Positions 1 to 20,003 are shown, counted from the first letter of the stretch. The stretch: DNA of 64,000 nucleotides from Macrostomum hystrix (GCA_950097015.1 CATNEN010000038.1:20274001-20338000); one strand, 5' to 3'. Program-made: numbers and translations. Notes: generated by a model from the letters alone, not told the origin.

Positions 1-282
1 CTCACAGCCATTTGCCTGTTTCTCTGTCACAATAAAAAGATTCTTATCAATTTACTTCTCTTTTTTTGTTAAAAACAAGCCGTTGCTTGACCATTTTCTC
101 TTCCTGGCCAATTAGAAGCAAGTTTGTCACAACAATGCCCCATGTTGCAAATGTATGAAAATAATCTCATGCCAGCATATAAATATGAGACTCTGAAGGC
201 TGTTGGACCAGTTTATAGTTTCCAGCCATCGAGTTAACTAAAGGAAGCATCTGTTTTCCTTAAACTGACTGAAAAACTGAAA

Positions 283-6197
<5,915 letters not shown>

Positions 6198-8257
6198 CCA
6201 TGCCAGAGACTTTACAATGAAATAGTAATTAATAATAAATAATTTTCAGTAAGTAATTACGCTCGTAATTAAATAAAAGTGATAAAATGTAATTATGATT
6301 TATATATAATTGACTTAACAAAAAAATTAATCAACGAAATTATGAATTAAAGAATAAATATTTCATGAAGTAAATTACCAGAAAATTATATATTAAAAAA
6401 ATAATTTTATTACCAATTTTAACCAAAGTTAAATATATGCCATTCAGGTTCATCTATCTGCTATATTTTCATTTTACTGAAGTGAACGAATCCATGCAAC
6501 TTAATGAATCACCGATAATTATGTATTCAAGCCAATAAAACTTTTGTAATGTTGCCCACATGTCTGATATTCAGTTTTCTCGTTTGCAATCACTCGTAAT
6601 TCGCTTTTTTCTTTTCTAAAAAAAGAAAATGTATTTGAAAGCTGTTTTTATATATTCGTTTATTTGTTTGTCAGGTTCTTTTTACTTATAATCTAGAATG
6701 AAAAATTAATAAGATAGTATGTCCTATTAATAAGATAGATGCTCTGAATTTTTGTAGGCACAGCAGAGGCCATACCACTTTTTGCACATGTAGAAACAAC
6801 CATTATTTGCTTATAACTTCAGGAAAATTTGCTTTCTACACAAGTGCTCAATCGATTTTTGTTATGTCAATCAAACAAAATTGTTGACAATTAGAATTTT
6901 ACGAAAAATACAATTTTCAAAATGTTTCCACTCATTTACTGCCAGTTTGCTATAATTGTTTCAGTGACAACGATTCAAAATTGTTAAAAAAGTTGAGATT
7001 ACAAAGGAGAGAGAATGAGAGAATAGAGAGAATAGAAAATCAGAGTGGATAATGGTGACTCAATTAAATTGCATTTAGTAAAAGAAAGCCAATAGCTGTT
7101 ATAGTTCATCGAATTCAGCCGAATAGCACGTGAATGTCAATTATGAGTAGTGTGTTTTCGGACAGCGAGGTTATAATTTATTTTTAGCGATCAGAAAATG
7201 ACTGCTCGTTCAGGGCTAGTTACAAAGTTATTAAAAAAAGAGAGTATTTTTGTGGTAAATAAAAACTGCTGTCCATTGAGGATAGACGACAATAAATTTG
7301 TTAGCATGTGAATAAAACTCGCAAAATTTTCTCGAACTATTCTGCTTTTCGAATATACTATTATATTCTTCAAATAAAGAAACATCGTTCAAAAGCGATA
7401 CAAAAAGCGTTTCCATTTTTGACTGATTTGCTTAACGAGTAAAACAAATTATTAAATAAAAAAGAAAATAATTAACTGTGTTTCAATGAATAGGGTGAAT
7501 AGCGAAAAAAGTATTCTTTACTTGTAGTAGCATGATGGTGATACAAAGGCTAAATTAAAGCACCAAAAGTGCAATTGGAGTTAATCAATTTTTACCGGGT
7601 GTGAATCAAGATTGAGCCGAGTGTGAATTAAAAATGGAAAGTGAAACTAAACTAATAAAAATTGCGAAGCTGAGTCAAAGCTTGGCTCATGAAAAATGAT
7701 TGTGAGCATCAGTGCATACGGGTATTAGTTAAGGAAAAGGTTAAGCATTTTTATGTTTCATAAGCAATACGCTTTTAGTTTACAACTTGAGGTATCTCGG
7801 TTGCAGAATAATCAGAGTGCAGAAAATTGTCCAGAAATTGACAACATTTTAAAGAAACAATTATTGCACTAAAAAGCTGCAAATTATTATAAACTCGGAG
7901 CAAACAGCAGCCGGAAAAAAAACAAAGCCAAATCAGGCAAGCTATATAATTATTTCCATTGTGAATCAGCAAGAAAATGATAATTTGAGCGTAATTAAAA
8001 TTCAATTTAGGGCATGTACAAACTGCATCCCAATGAATACTTTTTTTCGGCCGATTATGACACACAGGAGATTGATATTTCTCTGCTTGATAATACATTT
8101 AGAAATCCATTTATTTCCTTCATCCATTGGGGATAGATTAGCAATCCATTCCATTCCTTCATCAATTGGATATTAGCAATCCACTCTTATTCCTTCATCC
8201 ATTGGGGATAGATTAGCAATCCATTCCGCAGCAATTCCCCAGTCCGAAATTGTCAGC

Positions 8258-8662
8258 TCACACTGGGAGCTGCTCCACCGGGTTGTCCTCTTCGTCCAAG
8301 CCGGATGTCGAATTCTTCTCGAAGCTGCTTCCGACACCTCCGCCACCGCCGCAGCCGCTTGCGTCGCTGCAGACCAGAGCTCCGATCATTTGGTCGCTCA
8401 ACCGCTCTATGGCCGTCTCGCTGTTGTCGACTCCGACATCGTCAACAGCGGAACCGTCTTTGCAGCTCTCGACGCTGCGAATTGGCTGATGACGCGCCTT
8501 ACCGTTGCTTAGCAACCGTTGCTGACCATCTTCGGCCCGGACAGCTGGCGATGAAATTGAAGACGCAATCGGCGAATCCACCGGAGACCCCATCGAGCTG
8601 TTCGCGTCGCTGCCTTCCCCGACTTCCTGGGAGACCTCAGCGAGCTGGGATTCGTTGTCTAT

Positions 8663-8693
<31 letters not shown>

Positions 8694-11600
8694 TGCTGTT
8701 TTCGCTCCTGAAAGGAAGTTTGGCCCTGTCGCGATTAAAAGCGGTTTTTAAATTGGCCGCCCCCAGACCCCAACCAATGCACACGCCTCTTTCACTCCCG
8801 CTGTGAAGAGGTGGCGACAGTCAAGCTTCGAAGTCGGGGGGGGTCGGGTAGCGGGCTGTTGTATCGATATTGCCAAACGACTGCGTAGTAGCAAAATGAG
8901 ACTGTAGTTAAAGTATCAAACTACGAGCATAGCAAGGCAGAAGTTTATGTAGCAATTCGGTTGTTCCAGTATTTTTCTTTTCCGAAAATCGAGCTTTCCA
9001 AGAATTCTTTCTTTCTCACTCTTACTCGATCGGGTCTGGGAAAAAAATATTTTATATCTGGGCAACTTTCTTTGAGGTTAATTCCGGTTTTTACCATAGA
9101 TTTTTTAATGAAAGACTATAACCAAAATAGTGAAAATATACAAAGTAAAACTGCAGAAAGTACGAGAGTACATTGAATTTAGGCTTTGAAGTGTTTTTTG
9201 CAGGTTTTATTAGTTTAATACATTCTAGAAAAAAAACGCGACCCAATTTAACGGACAGAATTAAGAAGTTGCGAAACTTAATGACTTACCTGCTGCTGCT
9301 GCTGCTGCTGCCGCTGCACAATTGCAGGTGTGTCAGGAAAAGCGGCTGTTGAAAATAAAATAAACTTCAAATAGTACTGTGTTGAAGTATTGTTTTTTGA
9401 GAAAACAAACTTGTTTTTTTTTCATTTTTTGTAACTCGTAGAATTTTTAAGAAACTAATTAGTTAATAAACGAAAGCTGAAAAATCTATTGGATTAGTAA
9501 TTACATTTTTTTAATAAAAACTAAAAAAATGCATTTTAGAAGCATTTTTTTCAAGTAAGTTTAAACAAAATCTAAATAAAAAAATACGATTAAGAGTTTT
9601 CATATTTCTAAACAAGAATTGACCAGCTTGTTAACATTAATATACATACATCCTAGTAACATAGTATCCTTCGTAGATTATTATAATAGTTAAAATACAG
9701 GTAAATAATGCATTTTATAAACAGGTACACTTTACCTTTCTGTCCGATTGCTTTTCTCATCTGCTGGTTCTTGACGTGGGTGTTAATAAATTTTTGGTCT
9801 GGAAAAAGTGGGAAAACTTTTTTAATAATTTGTACCCATATCTTATTTCACAATATGATGGAATGATGGAATGAACGATAAAAAAGAGAGAACTTGAAGA
9901 CCTGAATATCTCAAGATGGGAAGAGATAATGAGATATGGAGAAAATAAATGGGAAATTGGGAGAAAGATATGGGAAGAGAGAAACGCGAGATGGGAAGAG
10001 AGAAACGGAAGATGGGAAGAGAGAAACGGGAGATGGGAAGAGAAAAATGTTAAGAGAGAAATGGGAAGAGAGAAACGGGAAGAGAGAAATGGGAAAAGAA
10101 AAATGGGAAGAGAGAAATGGGAAGAGAGAAATGGGAAGAGAGAAATGGGAAGAGAGAAATGGGAAGAGAGAAATGGGAAGAGAGAAATGGGAAGAGAGAA
10201 ATGGGAAGAGAGAAATGGGAAGAGAGAAATGGGAAGAAAGAAATGGGAGGGAGAAATGGGAAGAGAGAAATGGGAAGAGAGAAATGGGAAGAGAGAAACG
10301 GGAGATGGGAAGAAGAAATGGGAGATGGGAAGAGAGAAACGGGAGATGGGAAGAGAGAAACGGGAGATGGGAAGAAGAAATGGGAGATGGGAAGAGAGAA
10401 ACGGGAGATGGGAAGAGAGAAACGGGAGATTTTCCAGAATCGGAAAAGGTAGAATAGGTACTCTTATATTTCACAATATTTAGGGTTTGAGTTGATAAAC
10501 AAAAGATTTACGGGCTGGGAGAAAGATATGGGAAGAGAGAAACGCGAGATGGGAAGAGAGAAACGGAAGATGGGAAGAGAGAAACGGGAGATGGGAAGAG
10601 AAAAATGTTAAGAGAGAAATGGGAAGAGAGAAACGGGAAGAGAGAAATGGGAAGAGAGAAATGGGAAGAGAGAACCGGAAGAGAGAAATGGGAAGAGAGA
10701 AACGGGAAGAGAGAAATGGGAAGAGAGAAATGGGAAAAGAGAAATGGGAAGAGAGAAATGGGAAGAGAGAAATGGGAAGAGAGAAATGGGAAGAGAGAAA
10801 TGGGAAGAGAGAACCGGAAGAGAGAAATGGGAAGAGAGAAACGGGAAGAGAGAAATGGGAAGAGAGAAATGGGAAAAGAGAAATGGGAAGAGAGAAATGG
10901 GAAGAGAGAAATGGGAAGAGAGAAACGGGAAGAGAGAAATGGGAAGAGAGAAATGGGAAAAGAGAAATGGGAAGAGAGAAACGGGAAGAGAGAAATGGGA
11001 AGAGAGAAATAGGAAGAGAGAAATGGGAAGAGAGAAATGGGAAGAGAGAAATGGGAAGAGAGAAATGGGAAGAGAGAAATGGGAAGAGAGAAATGGGAAG
11101 AGAGAAACGGGAAGAGAGAAATGGGAAGAGAGAAACGGGAAGAGAGAAATGGGAAGAGAGAAACGGGAAGAGAGAAACGGGAAGAGAGAAATGGGAAGAG
11201 AGAAACGGGAAGAGAGAAACGGGAAGAGAGAAATGGGAAGAGAGAAACGGGAAGAGAGAAATGGGAAGAGAGAAATGGGAAGAGAGAAATGGGAAGAGAG
11301 AAATGGGAAGAGAGAAATGGGAAGAGAGAAATGGGAAGAGAGAAATGGGAAGAGAGAAATGGGAAGAGAGAAATGGGAAGAAAGAAATGGGAGGGAGAAA
11401 TGGGAAGAGAGAAATGGGAAGAGAGAAATGGGAAGAGAGAAACGGGAGATGGGAAGAAGAAATGGGAGATGGGAAGAGAGAAACGGGAGATGGGAAGAGA
11501 GAAACGGGAGATGGGAAGAAGAAATGGGAGATGGGAAGAGAGAAACGGGAGATGGGAAGAGAGAAACGGGAGATTTTCCAGAATCGGAAAAGGTAGAATA

Positions 11601-14600
11601 GGTACTCTTATATTTCACAATATTTAGGGTTTGAGTTGATAAACAAAAGATTTACGGGCTAGGTGACTCAGTTTAGGAGCATACTTCAGTCGGGATTGAA
11701 ATGAAGACTTAAGAAGCGACTCAGTTGCCTGTTGAAGCAACTATAACAAGTGAGATTATTTTACAGCGCTATCGTTGGGGACTAATCACTAATCTGGAGC
11801 CCTGTAATTAGTCCTTAGTGGGCCAAAGACGGCAAAGTTAGACAAAGTAAAGGGTATTATGAAACCGAAGCTTTAACTATTACATAATCAAGTTTTTAGA
11901 GCAGACAAACAAAGAGCATTGAATATTTTATGGGACCGCTATCTACAGAGGCCTATATCGACTGTATTATATAATATATATATGGTCTTATCCACAGAAT
12001 AACTGGCTATAGTCTTCACTTTCAGTGACCGAGCTTCAAAGTATAAAGATTGACGCAATCAGATTTTTCTACTCTATTTTAGCCAGACAGCACACCACTC
12101 CTAACCGGGCGAAACCTTCTCTAGATAAATAATAAATATAACTGGAGAAGGTTTAGAAACAGACAATTTCCACTGAAAATGTAGAACTAGCAAAGCTAGA
12201 ATGAGGAGTAGAGAAGGTAGGGAAAGTAGATTCGGAAGTAGATAAAATAGATTCGGAAGTAGATAATGTAGATTCGGAAGTAGATAAAGTACGAGCTAGA
12301 TTCAGAAGTAGAGATGGTAGATTCAGAAGTAGAGATTTTAGATTCAGAAGTAGAGATGTTAGATTCAGAAGTAGAGATGGTAGATTCAGAAGTAGAGATG
12401 TTAGATTCAGAAGTAGAGATGGTAGATTCAGAAGTAGAGATGGTAGATTCAGAAGTAGAGATTTTAGATTCAGAAGTAGAGATGTTAGATTCAGAAGTAG
12501 AGATGGTAGATTCAGAAGTAGAGATGGTAGATTCAGAAGTAGAGATGGTAGATTCAGAAGTAGAGATGGTAGATTCAGAAGTAGAGATGTTAGATTCAGA
12601 AGTAGAGATGGTAGATTCAGAAGTAGAGATGGTAGATTCAGAAGTAGAGATGGTAGATTCAGAAGTAGAGATGGTAGATTCAGAAGTAGAGATGGTAGAT
12701 TCAGAAGTAGAGATGGTAGATTCAGAAGTAGAGATGGTAGATTCAGAAGTAGAGATGTTAGATTCAGAAGTAGAGATGTTAGATTCAGAAGTAGAGATGT
12801 TAGATTCAGAAGTAGAGATGGTAGATTCAGAAGTAGAGATGGTAGATTCAGAAGTAGAGATGGTAGATTCAGAAGTAGAGATGGTAGATTCAGAAGTAGA
12901 GATGGTAGATTCAGAAGTAGAGATGGTAGATTCAGAAGTAGAGATGGAAGATTCAGAAGTAGAGATGGTAGATTCAGAAGTAGAGATGGTAGATTCAGAA
13001 GTAGAGATGGTAGATTCAGAAGTAGAGATGGTAGATTCAGAAGTAGAGATGGTAGATTCAGAAGTAGAGATGGTAGATTCAGAAGTAGAGATGGTAGATT
13101 CAGAAGTAGAGATAGTTGATTCAGAAGTAGAAATGGTAGATTCAGAAGTAGAGATGTTAGATTCAGAAGTAGAGATGGTAGATTCAGAAGTAGAGATGTT
13201 AGATTCAGAAGTAGAGATGGTTGATTCAGAAGTAGAGATGTTAGATTCAGAAGTAGAGATGGTAGATTCAGAAGTAGAGATGGTAGATTCAGAAGTAGAG
13301 ATGGAAGATTCAGAAGTAGATATGGAAGATTCAGAAGTAGAGATGTTAGATTCAGAAGTAGAGATGGTAGATTCAGAAGTAGAGATGGTAGATTCAGAAG
13401 TAGAGATGGTAGATTCAGAAGTAGAGATGGTAGATTCAGAAGTAGAGATGGTAGATTCAGAAGTAGAGATGGTAGATTCAGAAGTAGAGATGGTAGATTC
13501 AGAAGTAGAGATGGTAGATTCAGAAGTAGAGATGGTAGATTCAGAAGTAGAGATGGTAGATTCAGAAGTAGAGATGGTAGATTCAGAAGTAGAGATGTTA
13601 GATTCAGAAGTAGAGATGGTAGATTCAGAAGTAGAGATGTTAGATTCAGAAGTAGAGATGGTAGATTCAGAAGTAGAGATGGTAGATTCAGAAGTAGAGA
13701 TGGTAGATTCAGAAGTAGAGATGGTAGATTCAGAAGTAGAGATGTTAGATTCAGAAGTAGAGATGTTAGATTCAGAAGTAGAGATGGTAGATTCAGAAAT
13801 AGAGCAGGATGGAATTGTTCCCCAGTCCCACAGCAATCTTACCGTGCTCATCCAATACAAAATCAGCGCCATTCATTTTCTCATTGGCGTAAGCCACAAA
13901 AACGTTGGCTTCTGCAAAGAAGTCGTCAAGACTGGTCACCTGGAGATTGTCAATTTTGCGGTTTTAGATGTCTGAGATACCCTAAAAGCACTCTGTCCCA
14001 TCCTGTCTACTACCATCTCAAGTCCACCTCAAATTGCCTCTCTCAACATGTCTATTTCAGCCTGTCCATCTTAGCCTGTCCATTTCAGCCTGTCCATCTT
14101 AGCCTGTCCATCTTAGCCTGTCCATCTCAGCCTGTCCATCTCAGCCTGTCCATCTCAGCCTGTCCATTTCAGCCTGTCCATCTTAGCCTATCCATCTCAG
14201 CCTGTCCATTTCAGCCTGTCCATCTTAGCCTATCCATCTCAGCCTGTCCATCTCAGCCTGTCCATCTCAGCCTGTCCATCTCAGCCTGTCCATTTTATTC
14301 TGTCCATCCCAGCCTCTCCGTCTCACCAGTTTCTTTTCCTGCAGGCTGTAGAGTCGGCGCACAGCTCCGCTAGCCAGCCGCACAGCTTGGCTAACATCGG
14401 CCATGACACGGTCAAAGGACTTGGCTGTGCGGCCGTTCAGCAGGACTCGGGCGGCTCGCCTTGGCCTCGGCAGTCCGCCTCCGGGCAGAATCACGGCGAT
14501 GCGACCGCGGGCGCTGGCAGCTGCTGATGTTGCCAAAACCATCGCGCCGGTACCGCCACCGATGGACGGTGTCATCTGCTGCTGCTGCTGCTGCCTAACT

Positions 14601-14926
14601 GCAGTCTGTTTGCCACTAGAAGCAGAATAAGCCAACCGTTTGTACTTATCAAACGATGCGCAAACGTAGCCGCCGCCGTCGACAAGATCCTGCAGCTGTC
14701 GAACTCGCCTGCCAGTTGACTGGTCGAACAGGAATCGGACACCCTTCGGCAGGATGTTCCTGTCACAGACCGGACCCTGTGTCAAATCATCCAGCAAGGC
14801 TTCGAATGTTCTATATCGATCCGGTGGTAGCGCCATCTGGAATCCGCAATAGTGACTGTCGCCATTTCGATAGAATCGAACCCTGACGGCCTTTCTTGGC
14901 TGTTGGATTGAGTCGTTGCTGCTCAT
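8258..14926 (-). CDS. Doublecortin-family protein with two DCX domains (DCX/DCLK-like, no kinase domain seen); exons 14926-14327, 13939-13843, 9798-9736, 9345-9290, 8707-8258
   Basis: DCX1: KAVRVRFYRNGD..RYRTFEALLDDLT..LPKGVRFLF..LVDGGGYVCAS. DCX2: PRRAARVLLNGRTAKSFDRVMADVSQAVRLASGAVRRLYSL..VTSLDDFFAEANVFVAYANEK. The downstream exons join in phase (0,1,1,0) and encode a Q/S-rich tail. The 3' exons are less certain and additional small exons are possible. Confidence 0.85.
9913..11575. repeat. 14-bp minisatellite (GGGAAGAGAGAAAT) in a DCX intron, present as two tandem-duplicated blocks
   Basis: Tandem units, with the unique flank repeated at 10430-10517 and 11575-11660. Confidence 0.95.
12297..13800. 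repeat. 21-bp minisatellite (TAGATTCAGAAGTAGAGATGG) in a DCX intron
   Basis: About 70 near-identical units lying just inside the donor at 13842. Confidence 0.97.
14057..14292. repeat. 14-bp minisatellite (TCAGCCTGTCCATC) in DCX intron 1
   Basis: Tandem units. Confidence 0.95.
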
Positions 14927-15431
14927 ATTTTTTTAGCGTTTCAACTGTCTGTAGAACAAGATGGCTGCTAGTTGTCGTTCTCGTTGTTTGTTATTATTTA
15001 ATCGATGACCTACCAGCAGTCAGTATCGCCTTCGTCCGACGAGCATTTTAACTTTGAATTCAAGCTCGCCCTCTCATTGGCTGAGCCTTTTTGGGGTGGG
15101 TGAGAAAAGGAGGGGTTGGCTGGGCTGTTTTGACTGGCTTTAAACGATGAGACACTAAATTATCTTGCAGGAACTGAAAGTTGGCATGACTAATGTACAC
15201 TTTAAATGCTCAATTTAGTTTGCCAAAAATGTGCATGTGCAATTGTGAAAATTCATTAGTACACATATACAGGTATATATTCACCCGATTCCAAGAAAAA
15301 CCTGATTTAAAAAGAAAATAATGTACATGCTACTTTAAAAGGCACCTTACGCTAATGAAAATCTAGCAAACTTTGCATTTAATTTTCGTTTTAATGCATA
15401 TAGCATACAGATCCTGACAGTTCATATAGAT

Positions 15432-18148
15432 AATCCAGACCCCCATTGTTCATCCAGACCCCTATTGTTCATCCAGATGCCCAGTGTTCATCCAGATCCC
15501 AGCTGTTCATCCAGACCCCCACTGTTAATCCAGACCCCTATTGTTCATCCAGACCCCTATTGTTCATCCAGATGCCCAGTGTTCATCCAGATCCCCCACT
15601 GTTCATCCAGATGCCCAGTGTTAATCCAGATGCCCAGTGTTCATCCAGATGCCCAGTGTTAATCCAGATGCCCAGTGTTCATCCAGATGCCCAGTGTTAA
15701 TCCAGATGCCCAGTGTTAATCCAGATGCCCAGTGTTCATCCAGATGCCCAGTGTTAATCCAGATGCCCAGTGTTAATCCAGATGCCCAGTGTTAATCCAG
15801 ATGCCCAGCGTTCATCCAGATGCCCAGTGTTCATCCAGATCCCCAGTGTTAATCCAGATGCCCAGTGTTCATCCAGATCGCCATTGCTCATCCAGATCGC
15901 CATTGCTCATCCAGATCGCCATTGTTCATCCAGATCGCCATTGCTCATCCAGATCGCCATTGCTCATCCAGATCGCCATTGTTCATCCAGATGCCAACTG
16001 TTCATCCAGATGCCCAGTGTTCATCCAGATGCCCAGTGTTAATCCAGATGCCCAGTGTTAATCCAGATGCCCAGTGTTCATCCAGATCGCCATTGCTCAT
16101 CCAGATCGCCATTGCTCATCCAGATCGCCATTGTTCATCCAGATCGCCATTGCTCATCCAGATCGCCATTGTTCATCCAGATCGCCATTGTTCATCCAGA
16201 TGCCAACTGTTCATCCAGATGCCCAGTGTTCATCCAGATGCCCAGTGTTAATCCAGATGCCCAGTGTTAATCCAGATGCCCAGTGTTCATCCAGATCCCA
16301 GCTGTTCATCCAGATCCCCAGTGTTAATACAGACCCCTATTGTTCATCCAGACCCCTATTGTTCATCCAGACCCCTATTGTTCATCCAGATCCCCAGTGT
16401 TTATCCAGATGCCCAGTGTTCATCCAGATCCCCAGTGTTCATCCAGATCCCAGCTGTTCATCCAGATCCCCAGTGTTAATCCAGACCCCTATTGTTCATC
16501 CAGACCCCTATTGTTTATCCAGATGCCCAGTGTTCATCCAGATCCCCAGTGTTAATCCAGATCCCCAGTGTTAATCCAGACCCCTATTGTTCATCCAGAC
16601 CCCTATTGTTCATCCAGATGCCCAGTGTTAATCCAGATCCCCAGTGTTAATCCAGATGCCCAGTGTTAATCCAGACCCCTATTGTTCATCCAGATCCTCA
16701 TTGCTCATCCAGATCGCCATTGCTCATCCAGATCGCCATTGCTCATCCAGATCGCCATTGCTCATCCAGATCGCCATTGCTCATCCAGATCGCCATTGCT
16801 CATCCAGATTGCCATTGCTCATCCAGATCGCCATTGCTCATCCAGATCGCCATTGCTCATCCAGATCGCCATTGTTCATCCAGACCCCTATTGTTCATCC
16901 AGATCCCCAGTGTTTATCCAGATCCCCAGTGTTCATCCAGATCCCAGCTGTTCATCCAGATCCCCAGTGTTAATCCAGACCCCTATTGTTCATCCAGACC
17001 CCTATTGTTCATCCAGATGCCCAGTGTTCATCCAGATCCCAACTGTTCATCCAGATCCCCAGTGTTCATCCAGACCCCAGTGTTCATCCAGATCCCCAGT
17101 GTTCATCCAGATCCCCAGTGTTAATCCAGATGCCCAGTGTTCATCCAGATGCCCAGTGTTAATCCAGATGCCCAGTGTTAATCCAGATGCCCAGTGTTCA
17201 TCCAGATGCCCAGTGTTAATCCAGATGCCCAGTGTTAATCCAGATGCCCAGTGTTAATCCAGATGCCCAGTGTTAATCCAGATGCCCAGTGTTCATCCAG
17301 ACCCCTATTGTTCATCCAGATCCTCATTGCTCATCCAGATCGCCATTGTTCATCCAGATCGCCATTGCTCATCCAGATCGCCATTGCTCATCCAGATCGC
17401 CATTGCTCATCCAGATCGCCATTGCTCATCCAGATCGCCATTGCTCATCTAGATCGCCATTGCTCATCCAGATCGCCATTGTTCACCCAGATCGCCATTG
17501 CTCATCCAGATCGCCATTGCTCATCCAGATCGCCATTGTTCATCCAGATCGCCATTTTTCACCCAGATCGCCACTCTTAATCAAGATCCCCATTGTTCAT
17601 CCAGATCCCAATTGCTCATCCAGATCGCCATTGCTCATCCAGATCGCCATTGCTCATCCAGATCGCCATTGCTCATCCAGATCGCCATTGCTCATCCAGA
17701 TCACCATTGTTCACCCAGATCGCCACTCTTAATCAAGATCCTCATTGTTCATCCAGACCCCCACTGTTCATCCAGATCCATATTGTTCATCCAGATCCCC
17801 ATTGTTCATCCAGACCCCCACTGTTCATCCAGACCCCCAGTGTTCATCCAGATCCCCAGTGTTCATCCAGATCCCCAGTGTTCATCCAGATCCCCAGTGT
17901 TCATCCAGATCCTCATTGCTCATCTTGATCGCCATTGTTCATCCAGATCCCCATTGCTCATCCAGATCGCCATTGCTCATCCAGATCGCCATTGCTCATC
18001 CAGATCGCCACTCTTAATCAAGATCCTCATTGTTCATCTAGACCCCCACTGTTATCCAGATCCCCCACTGTTCATCCAGATCCCAACTGTTAATCCAGAT
18101 CCCCAGTGTTCATCCAGATGCCCAGTGTTCATCCAGATCCCAACTGTT
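15432..18148. repeat. 19-bp minisatellite (ATCCAGATGCCCAGTGTTC / ATCCAGATCGCCATTGCTC variants)
   Basis: About 2.7 kb of tandem units with blocks of variant types. Confidence 0.97.
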
Positions 18149-18673
18149 CTCACTGGCTTCGTATTGTTGTGAGGTACCCACTGCCAACCTCATGCATTTT
18201 ATTCATCCAACGTTTGATTGTCATAAAAATCCACAAAGCTAAGTTAATGACAGATGTCGTGACTGAGTATATAATGAAATCACTCATGAAAGTAATAGAT
18301 TCCTATTGGATAATCCAATTGTTCCAGGAGACTGATTGAAAGACAATGGGCGGAAAACGAGTGTATTCTAAATGAACTGTTTCTACTGTCTCTGTGTGGA
18401 TATTTACATTATTAACGAGAGAAGTAAATAATCTACAGCAATTAGTATGCATGCTATTTCACAGACACTATTATGAACTAGAAGTAAACTTTTTACTTTC
18501 ACTTGTCGATTAGGCAAATAATAATTTCATAGCTGTATTGTTCAAAGCGCGATACAATCATTCGTGTGGAATCATAAAGGATTCCAGTTAGGATTTAAAA
18601 TCATCAATGTGCATTAGTAGTATGACAACTGATGAGTAAATTATTTTCTGAGCCTATAGTCTCTGATTTTTCT

Positions 18674-19386
18674 TACTTCAGTGTCCCATTGCTTGTACTT
18701 CAGTGTCCCATTGCTTGTACTTCACTGTCCCATTGCTTGTACTTCACTGTCCCATTGCTTGTACTTCAGTGTCCCATTCCTTGTACTTCAGTGTCCCATT
18801 CCTTGTACTTCAGTGTCCAATTCCTTGTACTTCAGTGTCCCATTGCTTGTACTTCAGTGTCCCATTCCTTGTACTTCAGTGTCCTAATTCCTTGTACTTC
18901 AGTGTCCTTTTCCTTGTACTTCAGTGTCCCATTCCTTGTACTTCAGTGTCGTTTTCCTTGTACTTCAGTGTCCTTTTCCTTGTACTTCAGTGTCCAATTC
19001 CTTGTACTTCTGTGTCCAATTCCTTGTACTTCAGTGTCCAATTCTTTGTACTTCAGTGTCCCATTGCTTGTACTTCAGTGTCCCATTCATTGTACTTCAG
19101 TGTCCCATTCCTTGTACTTCAGTGTCCCATTCCTTGTACTTCAGTGTCCTTTTCCTTGTACTTCTGTGTCCAATTCCTTGTACTTCAGTGTCCCATTCCT
19201 TGTACTTCAGTGTCGTTTTCCTTGTACTTCAGTGTCCAATTCCTTGTACTTCTGTGTCCAATTCCTTGTACTTCAGTGTCCAATTCTTTGTACTTCAGTG
19301 TCCCATTGCTTGTACTTCAGTGTCCCATTGCTTGTACTTCAGTGTCCCATTGCTTGTACTTCAGTGTCACATTCTTTGTACTTCAG
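18674..19386. repeat. 22-bp minisatellite (CTTGTACTTCAGTGTCCCATTG)
   Basis: Tandem units. Confidence 0.96.
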
Positions 19387-19989
19387 TTAAAAAATAAATT
19401 TTAAATACTTAAAGAACTTAAGCGGGAGTTTTTTTAACAACTTTGTACTTTTATGAGTTATCCCATCACCTCGGTTAACACTCGAACAGCCTTATTTGAG
19501 CTGGGAGCTAAATAACTCTGTAGTTAGCGAAAAAAATGGTTATGATTGACATTTTGGTAATTTCTTCAATGACGCGTTGTCGGCCAGACAGTTTTGAAAA
19601 ATAAATCGATTCGTCAGGGACAAATTAGCTTGAATGCTGCCAAAAGCTTTTCACACTTTGGGCCAAGAGGTGAGTCTATCGCACGCGGGTTGAATTAAAA
19701 ATACTTCCATTAAAAAGAGAAGCAAATTTTATAGACAATATAAAAAATGTTTCCACAATGAGCAGGTGGGGGGGCTGAAGTCGAGAACTATTTCGAGCCA
19801 TAAAATGGCTTTAAAATTTTCACTGTCGCTCTTAGTTCAACAGCTGGTGGGAGAAATTTTTAGCAGTCCCAGTGAGTGTGTGAGTTTAACAAACGTGACT
19901 TAGCGCAAACCAAGAGGTGACTGTGAGAATAATGGAAAATAAAACTTCCATTTTACAAAAGCAAACCATTTTTTTCTTGACTTGATGCC

Positions 19990-20003
19990 GTTGTCATGGT
20001 AAC
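19990..20003. promoter_or_regulatory. RFX X-box motif GTTGTCATGGTAAC upstream of the polycystin-like gene
   Basis: Fits the GTNNYY-AT-RGNAAC consensus, ~320 bp upstream of the ATG at 20323. Confidence 0.55.

Noticed and set aside
9911-11627. EKWEERNGKREMGR-type ORFs in several frames
   Set aside because: Read-through of a 14-bp intronic repeat that is open in multiple frames on both strands.
11655-11728. Possible extra DCX exon (ATESLLKSSFQSRLKYAPKLSHLA)
   Set aside because: It would need a phase-0 entry but the preceding donor is phase 1, which gives an immediate stop. Unsupported without transcript data.
12196-13975. 558-aa STSESTI and 553-aa DSEVEMV repeat ORFs resembling a mucin or adhesin
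   Set aside because: This is a stop-free 21-bp minisatellite lying inside a DCX intron (donor at 13842), with no independent gene structure.
15446-19404. Numerous overlapping ORFs in the 19-bp and 22-bp arrays
   Set aside because: Unit lengths are not multiples of 3 and the same peptides cycle through all frames, so these are repeat artefacts.
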